A DNA stretch of 63,257 bases, filler included, from Polymyxa betae A26-41 (lineage: Eukaryota; Protista; Endomyxa: Phytomyxea): assembly GCA_003693705.1 (NCBI GenBank). It is 6 parts of 6 records of this genome, joined end to end, with 100 filler letters (N's around TTAATTAATTAA, not from the genome) between each part and the next. Parts side by side here need not be neighbours in the genome. Positions count along the whole stretch, not along the records: positions 1 to 22,299 come from RBZT01000782.1; 5 more parts are not named here. One strand, written 5' to 3'. Below, piece after piece: positions 1 to 11,169 of this stretch. Below the pieces are notes generated by a model that was not told where the DNA came from, made no database searches, and saw nothing but the letters and a program-made list of their open reading frames with translations. A program made the position numbers and the translations under genes. The first letter of the stretch is position 1. Every line of letters begins with the position of its first letter.

Positions 1-1275
1 GGTGCCAACAGTCGCTCCGATTTGATTTTCATAGAAGGTGATACACTCCATAATAAGATCGGGTGCTATATCTCTCTTTGGCATAAAATATACTGTGACG
101 AATCGCGAGTATTCGTCAACGATAAGCATTGCATATCGAGGGCCTTCAATACTGGAAGTCTGCATGGGTCCACAGATATCGATATGGAGAAATCTCCCTG
201 GCTGCGTAGCCTTCCTTAAGTTCTCTCGAGATGGGAAGGGGAGCCTCGCGGACTTTCCAGTGACGCACGCCATGCATACTCACTGTAATTGTGCAGCGTC
301 GCCGGCCACGGAGATTCCAGTGACGTATTTCTTGTTGATCGCCTCTGATATGGACCGCATAGGTGTATGTGCCATTCTCGAATGCCAGACATCAATACTC
401 GCAGCGCTGGAGTAAGCTTGATGTTGGTGGGGGTTGCTGAGCACATAAAGGCCGTCCTGGAGTTGGCCAATAGCGACGACTCGCCCATCCTTCTTAAGTT
501 GGCATTGCTTTGAAGTGAAAACAACACGGTCGATGTCGCCATTCATGCATGCTTGACCGATTGATAATAGGCTGCGTTTCGCAGAAGGAACATGAAGAAC
601 ATCGCTTAAATTGAATCCGATGTTGGCGGATCCGCGCCCGTTCACTTTCACGTTATCTCCGTTGACAAGTGAAATATACTCTCCGAACGTCTTTAGGGTT
701 GGCTTGATGTCGGGGCATATAGATGAATGTTTCACCAATCGTTTCCAGGTTAATGACAAGTCCTCACAATCCACCGTCATAGTCTTGAAATACTCCGATA
801 TGGAACCAAGAAGAAGATGGTATGCCTTGGAGTGACGGCGGCTCCAGTCGGTTTGTTGCGCAGCTACGGTGTTCTGATTCCGAGCTGGATTGGTGTGGCT
901 CTGCGTGTTGGCCTGTGTGGTAGTAACCATGAATTGCAGGAGCTCAGATTCGATGTCTTGGTTTCGACTCTGCATGTCAGCATCGTTAGGGGCCGCCTCT
1001 GATTCACGGCGGGCTTGTTCCGCGTTTTGAAGTAATGCTGATAGCCGGGATCGGTCAATTGCCGGGCTAATGGTAACGTTACTTCCTGCTGGAGTTGTTT
1101 GAGAGAGGTTTGGTGATGCCGTGAGAGTGCGCGGACGCGGCTCGTCGCCGGTCGCTATCATGTAGGCATCAAGTCTTTCGAGACCGATGATGGCCTCCCG
1201 TCTCCATAGCTGCCAGTTGGCTTCAGTCAGAAGGAAAGAGGTAAGTGCGCTTGCCGATTTCATTTCGCTGCTCAT
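1..1275 (-). pseudogene. Ty1/Copia gag-pol remnant (element 1): Gag N-terminus, partial protease, GAG-pre-integrase and start of integrase; runs off the window edge
   Basis: ORF 280..1275 aligns with the ORF at 2054 (NWQLWRREAIIGLERxDAY; VLHVPS..RSLLSI) and contains WHSRMAH. After an in-frame TGA at 280-282 the frame continues VCMACVTGK...LHIDICGPM...IVDEYSRF, which is integrase. Confidence 0.9.
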
Positions 1276-1473
1276 CGTGCTCAGTTTCGCAGTGATGGAA
1301 TAGGAGGATTAGTCGTGTCGGAGATTGCTCTCACATTTTTCACGAATCCTTTGTCAGCAGTTCGGACAGGCAGGTCGGAGTGCGTCAGTCGCTCCCTGTT
1401 CTGTCCCTGAGACGTATCCTCTTTCGGTCACTAACGAAGCGTCACGGACTTGCGTGTGGCTGGGCCGATAACC

Positions 1474-1657
1474 TGTTCGCTTGGGAGCTAAAGCGATGCG
1501 AGGCTAACGAGATTAGTAGCAGAATGAAATGGCGTAGTAGGATATAAAGGTCAAAGTGGTCACAGGGGGGCTCGGGGGCCAGTATGCCCCCGATCGGTTC
1601 GCAGGTACAGATCTGCCAGTCTCTCCGGAAGGTCACGTGAGATTTTGCAGCTCAACA
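1474..1657 (-). mobile_element. 5' LTR of Copia element 1 (184 bp)
   Basis: The minus strand begins TGTTG and ends AACA, immediately followed by the PBS GGTTATCGGCCCAGC (1473-1459). Confidence 0.8.
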
Positions 1658-1674
1658 CGTTTGATCTTTGGTAG

Positions 1675-1848
1675 TGTTGATGTAACTTGATGGATGCATT
1701 TCCTGATGGTGGCGCATGACCACCTAGTCCGTGTGCCTTCGATCGCGATCTCCTGTTCCCCTCTTTGTCCTGTCCTTAAATATCAATAACTAAACCATTG
1801 TGCTATTGATCTCACCAAGCTCACATCTCTACATTCAGTAGCATAACA
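1675..1848 (+). mobile_element. 5' LTR of Copia element 2 (174 bp)
   Basis: TGTTG...TAACA termini, immediately followed by the PBS at 1849. Confidence 0.8.
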
Positions 1849-1868
1849 GGTTATCGGCCCAGCACGCT
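1849..1868 (+). promoter_or_regulatory. Primer-binding site complementary to the internal (anticodon-arm) part of initiator tRNA-Met
   Basis: GGTTATCGGCCCAGCACGCT is the reverse complement of the typical tRNA-iMet segment AGCGTGCTGGGCCCATAACC with one mismatch. The same 15-mer follows LTR 1. Confidence 0.75.
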
Positions 1869-2059
1869 CACGCTGCAACTCCGTGACGCTACGCAACGCA
1901 GTTGATCGACTTAGGATGCGTCTCAGGGACAGTGCAAGGAGTGATTGGTTCGCTCTGTATTGCCTGATCCGTACTGCTGACAAGGGATTCGTGAAAACTG
2001 CGAGAGAAATCTCCGACACGACTAGTCCTCCTATTTCATCACTGCGAAGCTGATTGATT

Positions 2060-3397
2060 ATGACCAACGAGATGAAGTCCGCAAGTTCGCTGACATCTTG
2101 TCTCTTGACCGAGAACAACTGGCAACTCTGGCGACGCGAGGCAATCATTGGCCTGGAGCGGATCGATGCCTATGGAATCGCAACCGGCGACGAGCCGCGT
2201 TCGCGACACCCTACGGCACAACCCAACACCATGCAGCAGCTCGCTACCGACGATGTCCCAGACACTTCATCTCTGGATCGCTCCAGCTTCACTATGGCGC
2301 TCCGTAACGCCGAACAAGCCCGGAATGCCCTGGATTCCAATCCAGAAGACACGGACCTGCAATCTCGCTCGCGCGACGCAGAGTCCGAACTTATCCGGCC
2401 CGTGCTTTCCACAGAACGAACTCCGTCCTCGGCTTCAAACACAGGGAGTCCTTCAAGCACATCAAACTCCGACCTCCATCATTGGAACCGCCGTCACTCT
2501 AAGGCGTATCACCTCCTGCTGATGTCGATCTCGGAGCAATTCAAGACCATGACGGTCGACAGTACGGACTTACCGACAACGTGGTCCACATTAGTTCGCC
2601 ATTTCGAGGGAAAGGCTGCGGACCAAATCGCTGCCGAAGCGGATCTACAAAGGGACACGCTCTCCGAAAAGGGCGACATCCACGACTTCTTAAACCAGCT
2701 CAAATTAATCCGAAGCAAATTGTCGAGCTGCGGGGCCCCTATCTCGGACCAGATGCTGTTCTTAACTGTCGTTAAGAAACTCCCATTCAGTATGCGGGGT
2801 TTATTTAATACAATTACGTGGGGAGCACCCGAACTCAAGACATTTGAGCATTTAGAAAGATCCCTTCTAGAGTACGCCAAGAACTTCCCAGTCTCGTCTA
2901 TTTCTCACAGCGCTAACGCTGCCACGGACTCATCGACACGCTGTACATTCTGTCACAAATCTGGACACTTGAAAGCGGACTATTTCCAGGGCAATCATAC
3001 ATGCCGCAAATGCGGGAAGACCGGACACTACGAAAAACGGTGTCGATCGAACGGCAAGAACACGACGCGTTCAACTAATCAGCCACATAATGCATTCAAC
3101 ATCGCTATGGAGCATCTTCCAATTGTACAACACAACTGGATCGTAGACACCGGGGCCTCTACGTCTGTGTCCCCCATCGTCAAGCCAACCCGGAAAACAA
3201 TCGGAGAACGAATCTCGTTCATCAACGGGCAGAGTATTCCTGTGAACGGCAGCGGATCAATGAACATAGGATTCCGAGTCAGTAACGTCCTACACGTTCC
3301 ATCGGTCACCCGCAGCCTATTATCCATCAGCCAAGCCTGCGTCGACGGCGACATTGATCGAGCAATATTCGACTCGAAAAGCTGTCAACTCGAAAAG
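2060..3397 (+). pseudogene. Ty1/Copia Gag-protease (element 2), truncated by a Gypsy insertion
   Basis: Copia Gag-like region, CCHC zinc knuckles (CTFCHKSGH degenerate; CRKCGKTGHYEKRC) and protease WIVDTGAS. Similarity to element 1 stops at 3397, where a new LTR begins. Confidence 0.9.
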
Positions 3398-3932
3398 TGT
3401 CAGGGATCTAACCAGCGCAGCCCAGGGTTAGTAACGTAATCTTTCAAAGTCTCACTGGAACACTCTTGGAATATTCCCGCACTCCGTGACACTCAGTAGT
3501 GTATCGGTTTGTGAACCAACTAAGCAATCTAAGCGCTTAGATTGCTTAGTTGGTTCACAAACCGATACAAAAATGTGTTCGTCTCCGGAGGTCCGGGGTT
3601 CGAGTCACGCTGATGACTGAGGATTTTTGAGGGGTTTCGGGATACCACTACGAAGCGCTTAGCTACTGGGGATATGAGGATGCCCTGGGGAATGTTGAGG
3701 AACGACTCGAAAGGAAGCAATCTAAGCGCTTAGATTGCTTAGTTGGTTCCCAAACCGATACAGTAGATCACTAGAATGTTCCGAATTGAACAAATTCCAC
3801 GCAGTAACGTACCTCTAAATCAGTTCTCAATATAGCACTACATTCGCTCTCTCTCCCTGTTCTTGCCTCTTCGTAGTCCCGTCCGTCCTTCCTGTCCTCG
3901 AAGGCAGCGCCTGGTTTAGCCCGACCCTGATA
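3398..3932 (+). mobile_element. 5' LTR of a Ty3/Gypsy (Tf1/sushi-like) element, containing a nested 263-bp insertion
   Basis: Termini TGTCAGGG...CCCTGATA (inverted, one C>T change), followed by a Gypsy gag ORF. Confidence 0.7.
3500..3762. mobile_element. Non-autonomous TIR element (TG..CA ends, 4-bp TSD GTAG) with a 70-bp perfect palindrome and tRNA-like Pol III boxes
   Basis: TIRs of about 48 bp (3500-3547 vs 3715-3762, one mismatch), GTAG on both flanks, palindrome 3500-3569, B-box GGTTCGAGTC near 3597. Confidence 0.8.
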
Positions 3933-3987
3933 TTATATTGAGAACTCTTGAAGTTCGAAGCCACCCGCTGCCCCCAAGTTCCCGAAC

Positions 3988-4380
3988 ATGGATCAGCAGG
4001 AACAAATCGTCCAGTTGCAACAGTCCCTCGCAGATATGCGTGCCTTAGTCCAGAACCTTCAATTACAGTTCGACGTAACGGCGTTAATGCCTCGCAGCAC
4101 GCCGTACCAGCCTCAGTCCCCGAGCCCAAGGTGCAGCTCCCAGAACCTTACCATGGTGATCGCAAGTCTCTTCGAGGTTTCCTTAATCAGCTCCGCCTCG
4201 TCTGGCAATTACAGCCACCCCAGTACCATAACGATGCCTTAAAAGTCGGACTCCTCGGAACTACTGGCCCGGCTCTGCGATGGTTCTCACCAATGCTTGA
4301 AGCCCAAGATCCCCGTCTCAACAATGCCACAGTTGTGATCCAAATGCTGGAGGCAGCATTCGGTTCGAGAAATATCGTAT
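3988..4380 (+). pseudogene. Ty3/Gypsy Gag fragment, frameshifted and truncated
   Basis: Coiled-coil N-terminus, then PEPKVQLPEPYHGDRKSLRGFLNQL...KVG..GPALRWF, typical of Tf1/sushi/PEG10-like Gag. Confidence 0.8.
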
Positions 4381-5089
4381 CTCATCAGCAAGATCAGATG
4401 CCATTGCTAAGACCTTCGAAAGCGAGGGCGAAGCGGGATTGGAACGGTAAGCGATGAGACAGAGAGAGTGAGTATAAACCAGTCAGAGAGGGAGGATAAA
4501 CCACGAAATAAAATGTCCGCGCACTCAAGGTGTGCGCCGCGAATGATATTTTCTAAAAATCCTGCAATTTCAAGTTCATTGCTTCTGTAAAGACCCTGAA
4601 AGACCGATTAATTTTTCGGGATGTTTCTTTGAAAAAATTCTGAAATTAGGGTTCAGGGTGTTAAGCCATCAAATTCAGGTTCGAGGGCATATTAAAATTG
4701 TCAAAAAAACAATGTAAGAAGGCGAAGAAATTGCCGGAGATCCGTGAGAACCCAGCTCAGGCCATCCTGATGGTTCTCGAAATCTACACGTTTGCCATTG
4801 AGGCGGGCAGGCGGCGCATTGTACCTGGGGGGTATAAAAACCAAGACAACTCAAAAGCGATATTTCGTATTGAGGATTTCGAATTAAACAGTTTACTTTG
4901 ACAATAAACAAATACAATTTTCGTTGTTGTGCAGAGTTAACGTTTGCGATAACATGATGAATGACATCACTCTAAACGACATCACAGCAGCTGTTTGATA
5001 TCGCTCAGAGCGCCAACCTTGGGCCAGTACGCCCCAGCATGGCCACTTGCCGATGACCTAATCTGAGGTGTCAAATTTTGGCGCTTCCC

Positions 5090-6170
5090 GAAACGAATGA
5101 ATATCGGAGGTGGAACAGCGAACTCAGTCAGGTTTGAGAGAGGCCGCCACACACAAACAGACACCGCCGGGGACGTACTGGCCAACCCCCCCCCCCCCCC
5201 GCCCCGATGCCAACCGGCCAACAGCGACTGGAGGATCCCTCAGTCACTGTGGTATTCTCCGCCGATCCCGGCCGTCGTCCCGAGATCTGCGAGATCGTCG
5301 TACCGGCCCCGCGCCTGCCGCGGACCCGATGCCCGCTGCGGCTGTATTCGGTCGTCAAGGCGTTCGGAGTTCTGTTAGCCGGAGCTCCGTATCATATCCT
5401 GGCGTGGCGCTCGATCAGTGAAGGGTCTGAAGAGCTGAAGGGGCATCTGGCTGCGGGTATTGCTGGGATTATGTGAGAGAGCTCTGTATATGGAGGAGAT
5501 CCGCTATTAGGGTTTCTGATTATGCCTATAGATTAGGAATTCTGGCCGGGATGGTTGGCCTTTTGATCTGGATTCTGGCCATACTGTTTCTATTCGCATA
5601 AGCAGACGATGACGATTCGCAACCAGAGATCTGTGAAGTGATGCTGTTCTTCAACCTCATATTGTTACCCTTCCAACATTCTATGGAGGGAATTCGGAAT
5701 TCCTGTCCCAAATCGCCATTCCCAACAATCCTGGTTAACACATATTTCTTCAAGAAATTCAAATTGCAGTTTTTGGTCTGCCTGGTTTCTCTTCATTATC
5801 CGACATTTGTAACTATAAACGGAATTGATGAATTTTCGGAGGTAGCACTCTCACAATCGACCTCAGACCCGGGGCGTGGAAGTACTGGCCCCCGCCCCTC
5901 GATGCCAGTTGGCCATCAACCACTGGAGGATCCGTCAGTCGATGTCGTATTCACTCCTGATCCGGACCGACGTCCCGAGATCTGCGCGATTGTCGTACCG
6001 GCCCCGCCCTCGGAACGGCGCCGAATCCAGCCCGAGGCTCTCTGCTTCGCCTGCCTCATTGGGTTTCTAGGAGCTGGACTGCATGTGTGGTCTGGATTTG
6101 CGATCTATTTCGGCTGTAGAGAGCTGGAGACGTGGCCTCTGGGAGCTGGAGCCAATATTGGGTGAGAATC
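5090..6170 (-). mobile_element. Two tandem fragments of an RNase H-encoding non-LTR retrotransposon
   Basis: 5165-5320 and 5870-6010 resemble each other and 12175-12290. The minus strand reads GAGTTIxQISGRR..T(D/E)GSS, the first acidic motif of RNase H. Confidence 0.55.
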
Positions 6171-6199
6171 TGTTCGGATTCGGTGATGGAGGGTTAACT

Positions 6200-7330
6200 G
6201 ATGGTCTGATAGGTTTGGTATCTTTCTGGGGATAACGGGTATCGTGTGCTTCGTGCTGGCCCTATGCGCTCTAATCATGGGATTATAAGAGCAAGTCGCA
6301 CAACCTTAATCGCACGGCTGATTCTTATTTCGGAGCTTGGATGAATCGTTTGATAGATAGAGAGCCCTGTAGTTCACCCATTCGCTCAACGCTCTGAAGG
6401 ATGCCACAAGAAGTTTGTGCGTTAAAGCCTCGTCATGTCGCCGGGCTCGTTCTCTGCCACTATTACGATGCTCCCAGAGACCCCCAACAGTCTGTCCTGG
6501 ATGAAAGAAGAGGTTTTGGAGCTCAGATGCCGCCCCAGGTCAGCATGATCGGCGAATCCGCCCCAGTACCCAGGATACTGCCGTCTATCATCACCAGTTA
6601 TGGTTCGGTCGTTGCTTTCTGTCGTACTTGTTACGCTCATTTGACGACAGACCTTGTTGATGGATTCATCTGGATCTCATCATCTAATGTTAGATGCATT
6701 GTTGGCTATTTCTGGCCTAGCGCTCTCTATAGTAATCGATTATAAGCCGTACTGGGTATGTCGATAGTCAAATTGGGTTTTAAGAGTAATAAACATGCCA
6801 TTCTCTCCGCCTAATAAAGCCATGAGCTACATGGCACAATTGCCAAGGGGCGGCTCTTAGTAAGTCTATCTACCAGCAAGAACCTTGCTACAAATCAAAT
6901 TCCAGATTATCTCCCCACGACCTGTGAATGTCTGATGGCGTTCTCGGTCTACATCGACTGCAATGAGCTCAAGAAATCGCTGGTTGGAGCAGGTTTGCAA
7001 TTTGACGTAAGCTGGGTATGGAAACAATGATCAGCGGATTTTTTCTTACTCAAGAGATTGCACGGCTGTGATTCTCAATACATTTGATGGCTTCATACAA
7101 TTGAGTTTGGGGCCTTTGTTAGTAACAAATCCTCAATGAGAAGAAATGACGATGTCCCTCCATTGTCCTGTAGTAGAGCGCGAATCGTGGAAAAAACTGT
7201 CGTCAAACATGGTAACGTTACTAACGATCACGTCTGAGCTGGCCTTACGACCTGTAAACGCGATATTCAGGACGGCAGAGATCACGTTGCCGACACCGCC
7301 ATCTTACCGACGGTTGTGGTTGGGCAGACG
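6200..7330 (-). pseudogene. Possible highly decayed LINE reverse-transcriptase remnant
   Basis: Frameshifted resemblance to the GVRQG..SAVLNIA and xxDD motifs near 7190-7310. Lies upstream of and collinear with the RNase H fragments. Confidence 0.3.
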
Positions 7331-7613
7331 TAGGAATGGAGGTCATGTCTCGAACTAATTACCGGCTGTCATAAAAAGATCGCGGAGACCAGCTTCCAAT
7401 TTTCAACAAAATGATTACAATCGTGTAAAGGAAAAAAAAATAGAAAAAAAAATCAAGAAATTCTCATGAGTCAATATGTAAGATTCAGTTGACTCGCGAT
7501 ATAATCAAGTCTGTTTATTATCTGGTTATCTGCAAGACCTGGTCTATTCATAGGGACTCTATTTGCTAATTGCTCGTAACGATCCGTTCAATTCCAAAAA
7601 CCCAAAACATCCA

Positions 7614-8594
7614 ATGAACTTTGTGACGCTGGAGACGGCTGACCAACGCCCTCTCTTGCAGGAACGCCGCACAGCGTCCCGCTGTACTCCGCGTATATCC
7701 ATCCAGGCCGTCGTACTAACCCTGGCGGTCGCGATCTTCGTCGCCGTCCCATGTCTGCTGCTGTATTCGACGCATTCGACGCCGATCGCGTACACGACGC
7801 CATTCCCTCGAATCATCCAGCTGGCGGCGTTGAAGCGAACGGCCGCCGCCGATCGCCGCTGCGTCAACGCGCCCGTACTCGCCCACGTCCGCGAGTTCTT
7901 CCAATCGGACGAGACCCCGACCCGATCCACGGAGATCATCACCGCCCTATCACAGACCATGCGTAACAATCGCTGCGCCCGATTCGTCCTGGTCGTCTCG
8001 GACCCCGAATATCTCCGCGACATTCGCCCGCTCCAGGACCAGTACGACGTCGACGTGGATGTGTGGCTGACCCCGGCCGAACTCACGTATGATATGTTGA
8101 TGTTGGCGACCCAGAAGACGGACCCGCGCGGCCTCTTCGTCATTAGTACGGCGGATGTGGTGATTCCGGATACGACGCCGCTGCTCAGCGCTTGTCCGAA
8201 GGCGCTCGCGGACGCCGCGAACCTGATGGCCGTCTCGAGACGGGACCTCGGTGATCCGGACTGTGCCAAGTATAAGGTCGTGCAGAGCGCCGATGTGTTC
8301 ATCGGGAACGCGACGATGATCGACGAGTTTGTGTTACAGAACACACGTTTCTCGCCACGTTACTGGGGTGTTGAAAATGTGGTTATGTGGGCTCTGTTAC
8401 ATGGACAGAATACTCTGTATAATCTTTGTCCATATATGGATGTTGTGCATCATCATGCAACACGAAGTGCGAAAATTTCGGCAGGAAGAATTCGAATCAA
8501 TCACGGAGATAATAATTCGGGAAATTGGAGACCTGATCTATCTGAAATATGTGATATCAATATGCTGGAACAGAAATATCCCAAAAATCACTAA
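7614..8594 (+). CDS. Intronless type II membrane protein, putative GT-A-fold glycosyltransferase-like
   Basis: 326-codon ORF from ATG 7614. One N-terminal TM helix (AVVLTLAVAIFVAVPCLLLY). Motifs R..EI..AL, VISTADV (DxD-like), SRRD, SADVFI, WGVEN, N.C...HHH. Confidence 0.7.
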   Translation: MNFVTLETADQRPLLQERRTASRCTPRISIQAVVLTLAVAIFVAVPCLLLYSTHSTPIAYTTPFPRIIQLAALKRTAAADRRCVNAPVLAHVREFFQSDETPTRSTEIITALSQTMRNNRCARFVLVVSDPEYLRDIRPLQDQYDVDVDVWLTPAELTYDMLMLATQKTDPRGLFVISTADVVIPDTTPLLSACPKALADAANLMAVSRRDLGDPDCAKYKVVQSADVFIGNATMIDEFVLQNTRFSPRYWGVENVVMWALLHGQNTLYNLCPYMDVVHHHATRSAKISAGRIRINHGDNNSGNWRPDLSEICDINMLEQKYPKNH

Positions 8595-8738
8595 ATCAAA
8601 CTAATAAGCTTTTGTAATTTTTCAATCGTTATACTCAGGAGACCTGATCTATATGTGATATCAATATGTTGGAACAGAAATATCCCAAAAATCACTAAAT
8701 TAAACTGAGAAACTTTTGTAATTTTTTATCCTCATACT
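8527..8738 (+). repeat. Tandem duplication (about 105-110 bp) of the gene's last codons and 3' UTR
   Basis: GGAGACCTGATCTA...AATATCCCAAAAATCACTAAAT...ATACT occurs at 8527 and again at 8638. Confidence 0.9.
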
Positions 8739-8799
8739 GATCACCAACGGACAATCTTCTCATCGGATGCTTCGACGATTCAAGCAATATCGAAAGTTT

Positions 8800-10300
8800 T
8801 AGTATGGTATCCGTCACCTTAACTCGACACAGTTACTAAGGAGCCACGGAAATTTGGAACTCGTCCCTCATTTTTATAAAAAGGCAGAATCAAAAAGCAT
8901 GCATCGACAGATCTCGTCAAGACACATCGAACCATGCATTCAGATTTTAGATTTTCAAAATATTGACGGACTTTATTCACTATAAAGCTAGTATGTCGGA
9001 CTTTTTGGAAATTTCTATCGAGCATATTTATCATCCCAAGTCGCGCACTTATAATGTATCAACAAAATGCGCCACTGGCGCATTTTTTAGTCATCACAGA
9101 GGGAAAATTGAAACAGTGTCGAGTCAAGATGGCGGGTACCATACGTTTTTGTGAAGATTATTAGTAAATACAGAGTACTGATCTGAAATGTCAAAAAATC
9201 AAGTTGATAACGACAGACGATCATAGCGCATTTGGGTCAGTCAGATGAATCGGGTTCCGGGATACCTTTCAATAGCCAGAGAGGAAAGCGCCCATCCCAT
9301 TATGCTGTAAGCAAATCTTTTCGACAATTCGAGAGCGTAATTGGAAGATATGGAAGCCCAGATAAGATTGTCGAAGTTAAGTGAACTCGTTTGTTTTATG
9401 AATTTCAAGCAATAAAGCCTCGATTGTGTCGCAAAACATGAATGTGAATTTGATCTGGATTTATAGGGACGCCGATAACCTTATACAAACGCTGGATATT
9501 GATTTTTCTAGTGGAAATTGTTACCCTGGCGATCGTCGAGATAGGCACCAGGACCTATCATTCTGAGTTGCTTAGAAATATTGACAAAATCGGAGAAAAG
9601 TGGAGAGAGTTCGCCATCTCTTTAACACTATGGTACTATATACGACATTTCACCAGCATTATGATGATGGGATCAGACTTAACAGAATTCGACAAGTTGT
9701 TTGATAAGTTTCGAAGTGGCAATAAATGTTGTTGGAAATCGTAAAAGGACCCGAATAAACTCTGGATGCAGAGTCGACATTGGCATTCACGGTGAAAGCG
9801 TCGCGACACCAACCTGAAGACTCTTTGGCATCACAATATTGAGAGATCTCAGCTAGTGGAATGCCTGGCCGGTCTGCATGCTGGGTCAGTTTCATTGACA
9901 TTCGCGACCTTCAGCTATGGAACCACTCATCGGTGAAATTTGAAAGGTTTCTTTATCGAATTTTTATAAAAAAAACTTCTTGTTTTAATATTTACGGTAA
10001 TTTTCCTTTTTGGAACAAAGGTTTTTGTTTTATTTACAATTGGACAAATGGATAAACTGCGCGAGCAATTTTGAAAAACGGTTCCTGAAACTTTTGTGAT
10101 GGAATTGTACTGAAATTGCTGGACGCATTGGTTGAATGTTTGAGTAGTTTATTGCCAATAATTTTGGTTATCTGCCAGCCTGTTTGTATGCCAAGACGGC
10201 TAACAGTCAAGATAAATTCTTTCAATTTGCGATGTTATTGTTTTCGCCAGCTCGGCCAGGTCAGAATTGCATTAACGTCGTTGCGCAAGAACGCTTAAAT
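8800..10300 (-). pseudogene. Possible decayed pogo/Fot1-like (DDE_1) transposase
   Basis: Fragments resembling a CENPB-type HTH (EFILTVSRLGI..I..LL), N.xET and TV..xxSA....PFxI, with many stops and frameshifts. Confidence 0.35.
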
Positions 10301-10484
10301 CCAGATCGATGGAAATCTTCAATTTCTCACTATTTGAAGAGTCCTTCATAATCCTACGCCTTTCGTCCCTTCCTGTTGTAACTAAGGCAATGATCAGCAG
10401 GAAACGGTTTCAGACCGCCACAATCTCTCGGTCGCCGAATTCGATGAACTGTCGGAGGTGAAACCACACAATCCGCTGACGTAT

Positions 10485-10620
10485 AGGCTGGACGTACTGG
10501 ACCCATGACTCACGATCAGCGAGGACTAAGAGTCACTCCATCAAACGACCATGCAGCAGTATGTATGGACCGCGGTCCCTATGATATGATCGTACCCGCC
10601 CCGAGACTCGGACGTGACCC
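10485..10620 (-). repeat. Diverged copy of the LINE RNase H fragment
   Basis: GGACGTACTGGACCC...GATCGTACCCGCCCCG matches the copies at 5170, 5875 and 12177. Confidence 0.5.
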
Positions 10621-11169
10621 AGTGTTTACCGGGGTGTTCGGCGATGCTTTTGTGTTGACCATCAATGTTGAACTTGTTCGCGGCGTTCTTGTTCTATATT
10701 GGATTTGCACAAACGAAAGGAGAGGTTGCTGCTGAAATTATATCATTCGGGTTCGTTGAGGCATGAACGAGATCTGGCTACAAGCGTGTCTGACGATGAT
10801 CATAGAGCGGGGATTCTGTTCGCGATCTTGGGACTATCGGTGTGGGTGATGGCGTTCAGAATTGCAACCGATTCGAGCTAATGACGTGATGAGCGAGGCT
10901 GATTTCCAGAGCCCAGATATTGTTACCCAATTATATGTCAGTAATGATCGAGTTCTTAATAAGATCCCCAAAACTCGAAATCTGTGGACACTGTGTTTTC
11001 CAAGAAGAAATGTTGGCTGTTAATCAATTTGTGTTCAGTAATCGCGATTTCAGCAGTTCGAACATTGAACGGAATTTGAGAATTGAATTTATCTTTTCAG
11101 TGGTTACGAGTAGCGATCGTCATGAGGTCAAACTTTCGATTCAGGAACCCATTGAATAGCGGAAGCTGC

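Noticed and set aside
3540-3630. Possible tRNA gene or hammerhead ribozyme (GGTTCGAGTC; CTGATGA)
   Set aside because: No acceptor or anticodon stems for a cloverleaf, and no correctly placed GAAA/stem II for a hammerhead. Kept only as Pol III-like boxes.
7559-8344. 261-aa minus-strand ORF
   Set aside because: Antisense shadow of the GC-rich glycosyltransferase-like gene; no motifs.
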